Of a stretch of 64,000 nt of DNA, positions 9,992 to 20,278 are shown one piece after another. The notes under the pieces are model-generated. The model did not search any database, had not been told where the DNA came from, and worked only from the letters and a program-made list of their open reading frames with translations. The translations under genes were made by a program, and so were the position numbers. This DNA comes from an uncultured Candidatus Rokubacteria bacterium (GTDB lineage: Bacteria > Methylomirabilota > Methylomirabilia > Rokubacteriales > DASRDR01). Where the stretch lies: positions 39,617 through 103,616 of the forward strand of contig CAVPSB010000017.1 of the NCBI GenBank assembly GCA_963708025.1, given 5' to 3'. The first letter of the stretch is position 1. Every line of letters begins with the position of its first letter.

Positions 9992-10428
9992 TGGCGTGGC
10001 TCGCCTGGGTCGCGACGGCCGCGAGCGGCCTCTTCGCGGGGGCGGCCCTCTACGTCACCCTCGTCGAGCACCCGGCCCGGGTCGGCTGCGGACCCATGGT
10101 GGCGGTGGCGCAGTTCCGCCTGAGCTACCCGCGCGGGGCCGCCCTCCAGGCGCCGCTCGCCGTCATCGGCGGCCTGGCCGCGCTCGGCGTCTGGCTGGCC
10201 GGCGGCGCCCTGGCCTGGCTGGCCGCCGGCGTCCTGCTGGGCCTCGTCGTCCCCGTCACGCTCGTCGCCATCATGCCGACCAACCGCCGGCTGCTCGACC
10301 GCGGGCTCGAGCCCGACACCCCCGAGGCCGAGCGGCTGCTCCGCCGCTGGGGCCACCTGCACCTGATCCGCACCGTCCTCGGCCTGCTCGCGTTCGGCTG
10401 GATGCTCCGGCTCCTTCTCACGCGCTGA
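9991..10428 (+). CDS. DUF1772 / anthrone oxygenase-like membrane protein
   Basis: GLFAGAALYVTLVEHPAR, IMPTNRRL, LLRRWGHLHLIRT. Confidence 0.8.
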   Translation: MAWLAWVATAASGLFAGAALYVTLVEHPARVGCGPMVAVAQFRLSYPRGAALQAPLAVIGGLAALGVWLAGGALAWLAAGVLLGLVVPVTLVAIMPTNRRLLDRGLEPDTPEAERLLRRWGHLHLIRTVLGLLAFGWMLRLLLTR

Positions 10429-10459
10429 CAGGCTGTGGAGCACGATTAGTGGTCGGTCC

Positions 10460-10520
10460 GACACCCCCCTCCCCCCCGGTGGGTGGGGGAGGGGGGCTGG
10501 GGGGTGGGCGGGAGGCACCG
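10460..10520. repeat. C-run/G-run palindromic repeat, family C copy 1 (opposite orientation to the other four)
   Basis: cccccctccccc...gggggagggggg arms plus ggggtgggcgggagg tail. Confidence 0.75.
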
Positions 10521-10523
10521 AAG

Positions 10524-11228
10524 ATGCTGGAGATCCGTGATCTCGAGATCAACTACGGGGCGATCCGCGCCGTTCGCGGCGTCTCGCTCGAGGTCCGGCC
10601 GCGCGAGATCGTCACGCTGGTGGGCAACAACGGCGCCGGCAAGTCCTCGACCCTCAACGCCGTCGCCGGGCTCGTCCGCCCGGCGGCCGGTGCGATCCGG
10701 CTGGACGCCGCGCCGGTCGCGGGACTGCCGCCGTACCGGCTGGTCGAGCGCGGGGTGAGCCTGGCGCCCGAGGGCCGGCAGGTCTTCCCGCGCTTCACGG
10801 TCGAGGAAAACCTCGCGGTGGGCGCCTACGCCCGGCGCGATCGGTCGGCGATCGCCGCCGATCTCGAGCGGGTCTTCGGGCTGTTCCCGGTGCTCCGGGA
10901 GCGGCGGCGCCAGCCGGCCGGCACGCTCTCCGGCGGGGAGCAGCAGATGCTGACGATCGGGCGGGCCCTGATGGCGCGCCCGCGGCTCCTCTTGCTCGAC
11001 GAGCCCTCGCTCGGGCTGGCGCCGCTGGTCGCCCAGCAGATCTTCGCCACCATCGGGGAGATCCGCCGCCAGGGGCTGACCGTCCTGCTCGTGGAGCAGA
11101 ACGTTCACCTCGCCTTCAAGGTCGCCGATCGCGCCTACGTCATGGAGACCGGCCGGGTGCGCCTGAGCGGCACCCCGGCCGAGCTGTCCCGCGACGAGGC
11201 GGTGGTCCGCACCTATCTCGGCGGCTGA
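10524..11228 (+). CDS. livF: Branched-chain amino acid ABC transporter ATP-binding protein
   Basis: GNNGAGKSS, PEGRQVF, TLSGGEQQML, LLLDEPSLGLAP. Confidence 0.92.
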   Translation: MLEIRDLEINYGAIRAVRGVSLEVRPREIVTLVGNNGAGKSSTLNAVAGLVRPAAGAIRLDAAPVAGLPPYRLVERGVSLAPEGRQVFPRFTVEENLAVGAYARRDRSAIAADLERVFGLFPVLRERRRQPAGTLSGGEQQMLTIGRALMARPRLLLLDEPSLGLAPLVAQQIFATIGEIRRQGLTVLLVEQNVHLAFKVADRAYVMETGRVRLSGTPAELSRDEAVVRTYLGG

Positions 11229-11250
11229 CGCGCCGACGGAGGGAAGCGCC

Positions 11251-11375
11251 GTGACCCAGCACACCGTCCTCTACTGGAACCTGGACCTTTCCGGACCAAG
11301 ATGCGGTTCGCGTTCGCGAACATGCGCCGCTTCGCCGAGGGCGAGCCGCCGCTCGAGCGCGTCCCCGACACGTAG
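11251..11375 (+). pseudogene. Short gene remnant resembling the C-terminus of a D-2-hydroxyacid dehydrogenase
   Basis: GGAGG+GTG frame MTQHTVLYWN shifts into FRTKMRFAFANMRRFAEGEPPLERVPDT*. Confidence 0.35.
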
Positions 11376-11396
11376 CCCGGCGCAGCGGCCGCCGGC

Positions 11397-12132
11397 ATGC
11401 CCTCGCCGACCCTGACCGCCGTCCTGCTCGTCGCCGCGCTGCCCACCGCGGTGATCGGCGGCGTGGTGGGCTTCGGCACCGGGCTCTCGATGCTGCCCCT
11501 CGTCGTCTGGGCGGTCGGGGTGCGGGCCAGCGTTCCCGTCCTGTCGATCGCGCTCCTCCTCGGCAATGTCTCCCGCGCCTGGTTCAGCCGCCGCGAGCTC
11601 GACTGGCGCGTGATCGCCGCCTACCTGGCCGGCGCGCTGCCGCTGGCCGTCCTCGGCTCCGTGGTCTACGTGAGCGCCCGCCTCGACTGGCTCTCCCGCC
11701 TGATGGGCGTCGTCATGCTGTGCTCGGTGCCGCTCCGGCGCTGGCTCGAGCGCGGCCCGATGCGTATGCGGCTCGCCCACTTCCCGCTGCTCGGCGCCGT
11801 CTACGGGGTTCCTCTCGGCGCTGGTCGCTGCCATCGGACCGGTGAACACGCCGTTCTTCCTGGGCTACGGCCTCCGCCGGGGCGGGTACGTCGGGACGGA
11901 GGCCGCCTGCGTCGCGGTCGTCCATCTCACGAAGACGCTCGTCTACCGACGCTACGCGCTGGTGAACGCCGAGACCGCCGGCCTCGGACTGGCGATGGGC
12001 GCGGTCATGGTCGTGGGCGCGTATCTCGGCCGGCGCATCCTGGAGCGGATGAGCGACCGCACCTTCGTCGTGGTCGTCGAGGTCCTGATCACCGGGCTCG
12101 GACTGTTCTTCATCCTGTTCCCATCCGGGTGA
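11397..12132 (+). CDS. Sulfite exporter TauE/SafE family protein, frameshifted near 11808
   Basis: IGGVVGFGTG N-terminal motif, multiple TM helices; continues FLSALVAAIGPVNTPFFLGYGL in a second frame. Confidence 0.82.
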
Positions 12133-12208
12133 CCCCGGCGACCGGCGCCGACCGCTTGACGAACGCCCGGCCGACCTCGTAGCGTACCGCTGGCAAGGAG
12201 GCGCCGAC

Positions 12209-12607
12209 ATGGAGATCACCCCCGGGCTCTCGGGCGATGCCGTGATCGTGGTGGGGCCCCAGGACACCGCCGACGCGCTGGGGAACCGGGGCGTGCACGT
12301 TCTCGCGACGCCGCGCCTGTGCGGCCTCCTGGAGGAAGCGGCCATCGCCGCCGTGCAGGCGGAGCTGCCGCCGGGGGCGGGGACGGTCGGCACGCGGCTG
12401 GACGTGAAACACCTGGCCGCCACCCCGGTCGGCTTCCGGGTCCGCGCGCGAGCCGTCCTCCGCGAGGTGGACGGACGCCGCTACGTCTTCGACGTCGAGG
12501 CCCACGACGACTTCGAGAAGGTCGCCGAGGGGACCCACGAGCGCTTCCAGATCAACCAGGCGCGCTTCCTGGAGCGGGTCGCCGAGAAGGCGAGCCGCCG
12601 CGGCTGA
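12209..12607 (+). CDS. Fluoroacetyl-CoA thioesterase-like (FlK, hotdog fold) protein
   Basis: VLATP..LLEEAA, TVGTRLDVKHLAATPVG, GTHERF. Confidence 0.9.
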   Translation: MEITPGLSGDAVIVVGPQDTADALGNRGVHVLATPRLCGLLEEAAIAAVQAELPPGAGTVGTRLDVKHLAATPVGFRVRARAVLREVDGRRYVFDVEAHDDFEKVAEGTHERFQINQARFLERVAEKASRRG

Positions 12608-12625
12608 GGCCCGGCCTTTCTCAGT

Positions 12626-12725
12626 TCGGAACCTCCCGCCCCCAACCCCCTCCCCACCGTTGGACGGCCCTCACCTCAGCCCGGGGAGGGGGAGCCGGAG
12701 AACGCCCCATTCCTTCACACGCTCT
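12626..12725. repeat. Family C repeat copy 2
   Basis: acctcccgcccccaaccccctccccaccg...ggggagggggagccggag...ttccttcacacgctct, between convergent genes. Confidence 0.8.
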
Positions 12726-13942
12726 CAGATCACGCCGGCGGCGCGGAGCCGCTCGAGCTCCTCACGGCTCAGCCCCAGACGCCCGCCGTAGACCGCCTCG
12801 TTGTGCTCGCCCGGCTCCGTTGGTCCGAGCCGATCGATCGCGCCCGGCGTCCGGCTGAGCTTGGGCACGACGCCCACGACCGACAGCAGGCCGCCGAGCG
12901 GATTCGCCATCGGAACGATGTTCTCGCGGGCCTTGACGTGGGGGTCCTCGAACAGGTCCCGGACGCTGTAGACGAGCGAGTTCGGGACCTCGGCCGCGGC
13001 GAGCCGGCGGAGCACCTCGGGGGCCGGGACGCTGGCCACCCACGCCTGGACGCGCCCGTCGAGCGCCTCGCGGTCCCGCACGCGATCGGCCATGGTCGGG
13101 TAGCGCGCGAGCAGGTCCGGCTGCCCCATCGCCTCGACCAGCCGCTCGAACATCCGCTGGTTGGTGCACGCGATCGCCACCCAGCGGCCGTCGGCCGCCC
13201 GGTAGTGGTTGTGCGGGACGACGTGCTCGGCCCCCGACCCGATCCGCTCCCGCACGTGACCGGTCGCCGCGTAGGCGGGGATCAGCTCGTCGAGCATCCG
13301 CAGCATGGGCTCGTAGAGGCCGACGTCCACGACCTGCCCCTCGCCGGTCCGGCGCCGGTGCTCGAGCGCCACCAGGGCCCCGACGGCGCCCAGGGCGCCG
13401 GCCAGGTAGTCCGGGATGGTCGGGGTGCCGGGCGAGACCGGCGGCCGGTCGGGATAGCCCGAGAGGTACGTGATCCCGCTCATCGCGGCCGCGATCCGAC
13501 CGAAGCCCGGACGGTCGGCGTAGGGGCCGGTCTGGCCGTAGGCCGAGATGCGGACGAGGACCAGCCCCGGGTTGATCGCCCGGAGCTCCTCCCACCCGAG
13601 GTTCCAGCGCTCGAGGGTCCCCGGCCGGAAGTTCTCGGTCACGACGTCGGCCCGCGCCACCAGGCGCTTGACGAGCGCCTGGCCGTCCGGCACCCGCAGG
13701 TTGCAGGTCACCGACTTCTTGTTCCGCGACTCGGCCAGCCACCAGTACGACACCCCGGGCCCGGCCGGCGTCCCGAGCCGGCGGAGGTCGTCCCCCGCCC
13801 CCGGCTGCTCGACCTTGATCACCTCGGCGCCGAACTCGCCGAGGAGCGTCGAGCAGAAGGGCGCGGCGACGAACGTCGCCAGATCGACGACGGTCAGCCC
13901 GTCGAGCGCGCGGGGGTTCATCGAAGCAGCGTCAGGACTCAA
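12725..13942 (-). CDS. CoA-transferase family III (CaiB/BaiF)
   Basis: ALDGLTVVDL, FGAEVIKVEQP, RNKKSVT, ENFRPGTLERW; start TTG 13942 after GGAGGAGG, or ATG 13921. Confidence 0.92.
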   Translation of the reverse strand: MSPDAASMNPRALDGLTVVDLATFVAAPFCSTLLGEFGAEVIKVEQPGAGDDLRRLGTPAGPGVSYWWLAESRNKKSVTCNLRVPDGQALVKRLVARADVVTENFRPGTLERWNLGWEELRAINPGLVLVRISAYGQTGPYADRPGFGRIAAAMSGITYLSGYPDRPPVSPGTPTIPDYLAGALGAVGALVALEHRRRTGEGQVVDVGLYEPMLRMLDELIPAYAATGHVRERIGSGAEHVVPHNHYRAADGRWVAIACTNQRMFERLVEAMGQPDLLARYPTMADRVRDREALDGRVQAWVASVPAPEVLRRLAAAEVPNSLVYSVRDLFEDPHVKARENIVPMANPLGGLLSVVGVVPKLSRTPGAIDRLGPTEPGEHNEAVYGGRLGLSREELERLRAAGVI

Positions 13943-14093
13943 ATCGTGCGTTCCTCCTCCGGTCACCTCATCCGCGAGGCAGCCCGGGAAGAGGTCTACC
14001 GCAAAGCTCCCACCCCGCGCAACCCCGGCCCCGGGGACCGCGGGCTGAACAACCCCCACCGCGGCGACCGATTTGCTCTACCATAGGAGCGTC

Positions 14094-14669
14094 ATGGCGA
14101 TCTTCACCGACCGGGTCGAGCGGGCGATCGCGGCCGCGATCGAGGCCCACCAGGGGCAGACGCGGAAGGGCGACCGCCAGCTTCCCTACGTCGTCCACCC
14201 GGTGACCGTGGCGCTGATCCTGTCCCGCTATTCCGACGACGAGGACACGATCATCGCCGGCCTCCTCCACGACGTGCTGGAGGACACCCACCTCGGCGAG
14301 GAGGCGATCGAGCGCCAGTTCGGCCCTAAGGTCCTGGGCATGGTGAAGGACGTCACCGAGCCGGACCTGCCCGGTCTGTCCTGGGAGACGCGGAAGGACC
14401 GCTACCTCCGACAGCTCGACCGGGCCCCACGAGGCTCCCTCCTGGTGGCCTGCGCGGACAAGATCGCGAACCTGATCTCGATGATCGCGGCCCACTCGAT
14501 CCAGGGGGACGGGCTGTGGGAGCGCTTCAACGCGCCCCCGGCGCAGAAGCTCGCCTTCTACCGGCAGGTCCACGACCTGGTGCGCGTCGGCTGGCCGACC
14601 TGCCCCATGCTGCGCGAGCTCGGGAACCGGCTCAGCGAGGCCGAGCGCAAGCTCCTGCCGCGGCGATGA
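14094..14669 (+). CDS. Stand-alone HD domain protein, SpoT/Mesh1-like small alarmone hydrolase
   Basis: AHQGQTRK, PYVVHP, AGLLHDVLEDT, ADKIANL. Confidence 0.85.
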   Translation: MAIFTDRVERAIAAAIEAHQGQTRKGDRQLPYVVHPVTVALILSRYSDDEDTIIAGLLHDVLEDTHLGEEAIERQFGPKVLGMVKDVTEPDLPGLSWETRKDRYLRQLDRAPRGSLLVACADKIANLISMIAAHSIQGDGLWERFNAPPAQKLAFYRQVHDLVRVGWPTCPMLRELGNRLSEAERKLLPRR

Positions 14670-15901
14670 TCCGGATCGATCGGGCCCGGCTCGAGCAGAC
14701 CTTCCACGAGCAGGCGCGGATCGGCGCGACCGCCGGCGGCGGACTGACGCGCCTGGCGCTCTCCGACGAGGACCGGGTCATCCGGGACCGGATGGTGGCC
14801 TGGCTCCAGGACGCCGGCTGCGCCGTCCGCGTGGACCGGATGGGCAACATCTTCGGCCGGCGGCCGCCGGCGCCGGGCGGCGAGGCCCTCCCGCCCGTGG
14901 TCATGGGCTCTCACGTCGACTCCGTCCCGACCGGGGGTCGCTTCGACGGGGTCCTGGGCGTCGTCTGCGCCCTCGAGGCGATCCGCGCCCTCAACGCGGC
15001 CAAGGTCCGGACGCGCCACCCGGTCGAGCTGGCCATCTTCACGAACGAGGAGGGGGCGCGCTTCCAGCCGGCGATGCTCGGCTCGGCGGTCGTGGCGGGC
15101 AAGGTGTCGCTGGAGGACGCCTACAACAAGGTGGACCGCCACGGGATCCGGCTGGTGGACGAGCTGGAGCGGATCGGGTACCTCGGGCCGGAGCCCTGCG
15201 CGGCCCGGCCCATGCGCGCCTACCTGGAGCTGCACATCGAGCAGGGGCCGTTCCTGGAGGAGGCCGGGCTGTCGGTCGGGGTCGTCGAGGGCATCGTCGG
15301 GATCGCCTGGGCCCGGGTCACGTTCCACGGGGCTCAGGACCACGCCGGGCCGACGCCGATGCGCACCCGCCACGACGCCCTGGTGGCCGCCGCCGACGTC
15401 GTGAAGGCCGTCCGCCACATCCCGCTCGAGATCGGCAAGGACCTGGTCGGCACCGTCGGCTGGCTCGACGTCCACCCGAACATCGTCAACGCGATCCCTG
15501 GCAAGGTCGTCCTGACGACCGACCTCCGCGCACCGGACGAGGCCGACCTCGACCGGGCCGTCGCCGACCTGGCGCTCGCCGTGCAGGACGCCGCGGCGGC
15601 CGAAGGGGTGCGGGTGGAGCACGAGGCGCTGATGCGCGTCCCGCTCACGCGGTTCGCTCCCGAGGTCGTGACCGCGGTGGAATCGGCCGCGCACGGGCTC
15701 GGGGTCGGCCACCGGCGGATGCTCTCGGGTGCCGGCCACGACGCCCAGCACATGGCCGCGCTCTGTCCGACCGGCATGGTCTTCGTCCCCTCCATCGCGG
15801 GGAAGAGCCACTGCGAGGAGGAGGCCACCCACTTCGACGACATCGAGCACGGCGCCAACGTGCTGATGCACGCCGCCCTCGCCCTGGCCGCCCAGGCCTA
15901 G
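14666..15901 (+). CDS. M20 Zn-dependent amidohydrolase (N-carbamoyl-amino acid/allantoate type)
   Basis: GSHVDSVPTGGRFDGVLGV, NEEGARF, YLELHIEQGP, SGAGHDA. Confidence 0.92.
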   Translation: MIRIDRARLEQTFHEQARIGATAGGGLTRLALSDEDRVIRDRMVAWLQDAGCAVRVDRMGNIFGRRPPAPGGEALPPVVMGSHVDSVPTGGRFDGVLGVVCALEAIRALNAAKVRTRHPVELAIFTNEEGARFQPAMLGSAVVAGKVSLEDAYNKVDRHGIRLVDELERIGYLGPEPCAARPMRAYLELHIEQGPFLEEAGLSVGVVEGIVGIAWARVTFHGAQDHAGPTPMRTRHDALVAAADVVKAVRHIPLEIGKDLVGTVGWLDVHPNIVNAIPGKVVLTTDLRAPDEADLDRAVADLALAVQDAAAAEGVRVEHEALMRVPLTRFAPEVVTAVESAAHGLGVGHRRMLSGAGHDAQHMAALCPTGMVFVPSIAGKSHCEEEATHFDDIEHGANVLMHAALALAAQA

Positions 15902-16060
15902 CGGGCGGGGCCGATGAGCGTTGCATCGCGTCTCGTTCGGACGGCCTTCGGCCTTTGGGGTCGTCGCCGATCCTCGGCGTACTCGGAGTACGCCTGCGGT
16001 CGGCGACTCCCTGCGTCCTAGCGCTGCTCGCTCCTCGGCCCCGCCCCCGAGAACCTGACT
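15898..16060. repeat. Family B repeat copy 2, with an inserted GACGGCCTTCGGCC hairpin
   Basis: Starts ctagcgggcgggccgatgagcg exactly as copy 1; same central hairpin. Confidence 0.88.
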
Positions 16061-16073
16061 CTTCCGCCATCGG

Positions 16074-17331
16074 CTAGTAGCGCTGGTCGGGGGACATCTC
16101 GATCCAGCGGATCGGGCCCCGGCGCGGGCGGCGGCCAGCAGCGTGAGGGCCGCGATCACGATGGCGGAGATGGAGACGCCGAAGGCTGCCCGGTAGCTGC
16201 CCGTCAGGTCGTAGATCACCCCGCCGAGCCAGGGCCCGACCGCCGAGCCGAGGCGGTTGCCCAGCGTGATGAGCCCCAGCACCGTCCCGTAGCTCCGCCC
16301 GCGATAGAGGTCGGCGGCCAGCGCGGCGATGATGGGCCCCCGCGCCCCCAGCGTCGAGCCGAAGAGCGCGATGAACGCGTACAGGAGCCAGGCCGGCGAG
16401 CCCGGTCCCAGGAGCAGGAGCGCCAGCGTCCCGAGGGCCGTCGCGGCATAGCTGCCGAGCGCGGCCGGGATCCGTCCCACCCGGTCCGAGAGGGCGCCGA
16501 AGCCGGCCCGACCGACGCCGGACAGGAGCCCCATCACCCCGAAGGCCGTCGCCGCCCAGCGCGGCTCGATCCCGGCCTCCACCATGTGCGCCACCTGGTG
16601 GGTGGTGACCATGAAGTTCGAGACCGGCGTGAAGAAGAAGGCCGCGGCGAAGCACCAGAACCGAGCGGTCCCGAGGATCTCCGCGACCCGCGGCTCGGGC
16701 GCCTTCCCGGCCGGGCTGCGCCGCACCGTCCGGGGCCTCGGCCGGGGCCCCGGCCGCCCGCGCGTTGGTCGGCAAGAGAAGGAGCGCGACTCCCGGCTCC
16801 GAGCGACAGGAAGGCGCCCCGCCAGCCGAGCGCTCGATGAGGAGCGCGCTGAGCGGGCCGAAGATGAACATGCCGATCCCCATGCCGGACAGCGCCAGTC
16901 CCACGACGGTGCCGCGCGCGGTCGGGAACCAGCGACTCAGCATCACGGTCTGCGCGACGCTGCCCAGGAGCCCCGCGCCGAGGCCGGCCAGCCCGCTGAA
17001 CCACAAGATGAGCCCGAGGGACGAGGTCGCCGTCCCGCTCAGCGCGAGCCCGGCGCCGAGAACCAGCGCGCCGACCGCGAAGATCCGGCGCTCGCCGAAT
17101 CGTCCGCATCAGGGGGTCCACCACGGTGGCCGTCAGCCCGACCACGAGGTTGTGGAGCGAGAAGGCGGCGGCGGCGACCCCGCGCAGGCCACCGAACTCC
17201 CGGGTCAGCGGGATGAGGAAGACCGGAAAGGTGAAGGTCGCGCCCTGGACCAGGACCAGGGTCACGAAGGATGCCGCCAGGACCCCCCAGCGCGGCTCGC
17301 GCGCCAGCCGGGCCCACCGCGCGAATCCCAT
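16074..17331 (-). CDS. MFS transporter (OFA/MCT-like), several frameshifts
   Basis: Segments in three frames join into an MFS: TFPVFLIPLTREFG, SRWFPTARGTVVGLALSGMGIG, FGALSDRVGR, GPWLGGVIYDLTGSY. Confidence 0.8.
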
Positions 17332-17396
17332 GCGGGGCAGGATGCCCCCGGGGTGCGGCGATGTCCAGGGGCGGGCGTGCCGTCAGGCGGGACGCG

Positions 17397-17502
17397 GAGC
17401 GTTGGGTCGGTCGTGGCGGGCGAAGCGCTCGCGATCGGCGCCGTTCTCTACAACGTGTTCGCCGGCCTCGTGGGCGGCGTCACGCTCGAGCTGAGCCGCT
17501 AG
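17397..17502 (+). pseudogene. Remnant resembling a DUF3566-type membrane protein C-terminus
   Basis: ...ALAIGAVLYNVFAGLVGGVTLELSR* with no room for an N-terminus; followed by family D hairpin. Confidence 0.35.
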
Positions 17503-17507
17503 ATCGT

Positions 17508-17533
17508 TCGGGGGGTCTCGGAAGACCCCCCGA
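17508..17533. repeat. Short REP-like hairpin, family D copy 2
   Basis: tcggggggtct-cgga-agaccccccga perfect stem. Confidence 0.7.
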
Positions 17534-17591
17534 TGCCCCCCCGTCGTCGGCTCGCCCGCCCCGCGCCGGACCGGCCGACCCGAGTCACGCG

Positions 17592-18240
17592 CTACTGGCA
17601 GACCTGCTGCGCGTAGGCCGGGATCCAGGCCGTGAGCCGCTGGCCGTTCGGCATCACGCGGGTCTCGTAGTGGCCCTCGACCCAGACGTTCTGGCAGTTC
17701 TGCGTCGAAGCCTGGGGCGGCTGGGCCGCGCCCTGCTGAGCGCCGCCCGGCGGGGCCGGCGCCGCCTCGGCGCTGCCGGGAGGTGGCGCGGTCAGCGGCT
17801 GCGGGGTGGGCGTGGTGCCGGGCGCGGTGTAGATCGGGGTGTAGGTCGAGTAGGTGGAGGTCTCGTAGGCCGGGTACGAGTAGGCCGGATACGAGTACGC
17901 CGGGTACGTCGGGATACGGCGTAGGCCGGGTAGGCGGGATAGGCGTACGCCGGCGCGTACCACCAGGGCGACGTCAGCAGGGTGCCGACCCCGAGACCGA
18001 GGAAGAAGCCACCGCCCCAGCCCCACCCGCCACCGTGGCCGCCATGCCAGCCACCGCTGGCCACCGTGCCAGCCACTCCGCCCGCCGTGCCAGCCGCCGC
18101 CGCCCGCCGCCGCGCCAGCCGCCGCCCCCGCCACCACGCCAGCCTCCGCCCCCACCCCCGCCCCGTCCGGCAGCCGCGGGCACCGCCAGCACCGGCAGTA
18201 GCAGGAGCGCAATCAGGACGACCACGCTCGCCTTCTTCAT
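17592..18240 (-). CDS. Secreted low-complexity protein (GGGW/WHGG repeats, YPAY repeats, Cys-paired C-terminus), frameshifted
   Basis: GGAGGAGG+ATG 18240, signal peptide MKKASVVVLIALLLL; pieces in three frames join to ...CQNVWVEGHYE...QVCQ. Confidence 0.7.
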
Positions 18241-18297
18241 GGGTCGCCTCCTCCACTCGGGCCCGCAAGGACCCCGGCCAGCCTCCCCCGCTCCACA

Positions 18298-18838
18298 CTA
18301 TACACTACGGCTGACACGGGCGACCCAGTCGTTCAGGGCATCCCGGGTGCTGGGGAACGCGAGGGCCTCCCACGGGATCTCGTGCGGGGGCGTAGTACGC
18401 CGTCTCCAGCACCTCCGTCTCGCACGGCACCGGCTCGCTCCCATCCGGGACGGCAGCCAGGTAGACGGCGACGACGACCGGCGAGCCGGGGTACGAGTAG
18501 AGCCCGACGAGCCCTTCGAGCTGGACCGTCAGGCCGACCTCCTCCAGCGTCTCGCGCCGCGCCCCTTCCCGGACGTCCTCGCCCCAGTCCACGTACCCCC
18601 CCGGGAAGGTCCAGAGGCCTCGGGCCGGCTCGATGGCCCGACGGGTCAGCAGCACCCGTCCGGCCTGGATCGGCAACGTCCCGGCAACGACCTTGGGGGC
18701 CAGGTAGAAGACGAAGTCACAGGTCGAGCAGACCGGCTGCTCGCGCTCGTCGTGCGGCACGGCGCGGCGGACCAGGGTTCCGCCGCAGAGGGGGCAGAAG
18801 CGCAGGCGCTCTGGCCGCAGCTCGGGCCCAGAGGTCAC
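18298..18838 (-). CDS. NUDIX hydrolase with N-terminal zinc ribbon, frameshifted near 18385
   Basis: RFCPLCG..CSTC; Nudix box [41 protein letters not shown] in shifted frame to TAG 18298. Confidence 0.88.
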
Positions 18839-18863
18839 GCCCGCCCCTCAGACTCTGGATCGC

Positions 18864-19577
18864 CTAGCCGGACAGGGCGACCCGCAGATCCGCGTAGGTC
18901 GGGAGGTGGTCCGAGGCGACGCGGGCCAGGCGGCTCCGGTGGACGGCGACGCGCTCCACGGTCAGCGGCGGGTCGTGGTAGATCCGGTCGAGCGGGAAGA
19001 CGGGCAGCACGCTCGGATGCGTCCGGACGCTCCGGCGCCGGCCGCAGGGATGGCCGAACTCGGCGCGGAGCAGGCGCGAGGCGTGCCCGTTGAACCACTC
19101 GTTGAAGTCCCCCAGCAGAAGCCGCGGGCCCTTCAGGCTCTGACGGTTCAGGATGTCCGAGAGCATCCGCACCTGGCGGATCCGCTCGCCGTACCGGAGG
19201 CCCAGGTGGACGTTGAAGATGTGCAGACGCCCGGCCCCGCCGTCCACGTCGTCCACGTCGGCGCGCAGGCAGCCTCGGGGCTCGAACGGCCGGCAGGTGA
19301 GGCTGTAGCTCTGGTGGGCGACCAGGGGCAGGCGGGTCAGGCACAGGTTCCCGTAGGGACCCTGGGGCAGGAGCCGGGTCTGCCCGAACACGACGTGCAT
19401 CCCAGTCGCCCCGGCCAGCTCCGCGGCGTGCGGGGCCAGCACCTCCTGCAGCGCGACGATGTCCGCATCGACCTCGGCCAGCACATCGATGATCCGGTCC
19501 AGTCGCTGCTGGCCGTCGAGCCCGCGCGCCCGGTGAATGTTGTACGTCAGCACCCGGAGGTGCGTCAGCGAACCCAT
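18864..19577 (-). CDS. Endonuclease/exonuclease/phosphatase family protein
   Basis: LTYNIH, DIVALQEV, NVHLGL, LGDFNEW, LDRIY, ASDHLP. Confidence 0.9.
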   Translation of the reverse strand: MGSLTHLRVLTYNIHRARGLDGQQRLDRIIDVLAEVDADIVALQEVLAPHAAELAGATGMHVVFGQTRLLPQGPYGNLCLTRLPLVAHQSYSLTCRPFEPRGCLRADVDDVDGGAGRLHIFNVHLGLRYGERIRQVRMLSDILNRQSLKGPRLLLGDFNEWFNGHASRLLRAEFGHPCGRRRSVRTHPSVLPVFPLDRIYHDPPLTVERVAVHRSRLARVASDHLPTYADLRVALSG

Positions 19578-20091
19578 GCCCCCTCCCCCAACTCCCGGGC
19601 GCGCTCCTGGTACCCCGTGAAGAGGGGGTAGAGACCCCGCGGCCCGGAGACACTCGCGAAGTCGAACCTCACGCGGGCGGCGCCAGCACGAAGCCGGACG
19701 GCTCTTCTTCGGCGGGCCCCGCGTGGCCCCCCCCGCTCGCCGAGGAACGCGATACACCCCGACGGCGCGTACTGCCCAAACAGTATGATATCCCCGGCAC
19801 TCGGCATCGCCAGCAATTCTTCGAGACCCTGCACGACGAGGGCGCGGTCCGGCCGGTCGCAGAGCGGGCACCGGTCGGGCCCGGCGGCGGGATCCTCCGC
19901 ACGGCTCCACGATAGTAGCACAGGGGGCCCTGGGCATCGGGCGCCAGGGCGAAGCCGATCCCGGGATGCTGGCTGAGCCGCTCCACCGCTCCCAGGAAGC
20001 GGGCGTCGATCTCCTCCAGCCGGGCGTGTCCCGGCACGTCGGTGAGATACAGGTGTCGACACACCCGCCCCAGCGACCAGAGGCTCATCAT
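19565..20091 (-). pseudogene. Truncated, frameshifted C-terminal part of an alkaline phosphatase-superfamily (phosphodiesterase-like) protein
   Basis: LSQHPGIGF, MPSAGDIILFG, GERGGHAGP..EE motifs across frames; N-terminal catalytic region absent. Confidence 0.5.
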
Positions 20092-20278
20092 TTCGATCGT
20101 AGCATCCGGTCCGGCGGCGGGGTACGGGCGCCTTGCCAAGCCCTCGCCCCGTCTGCTACCTTTCCATCGAGCACCCACTCACCCCGTCACCGCCGGGAGC
20201 CTGGCATGTTCGAGGTCCAGACGCAGGCCGAGCGCCGGATCATCTCCGCCGGGGGGCCCGCGCGTGGAAGGATGCCGG

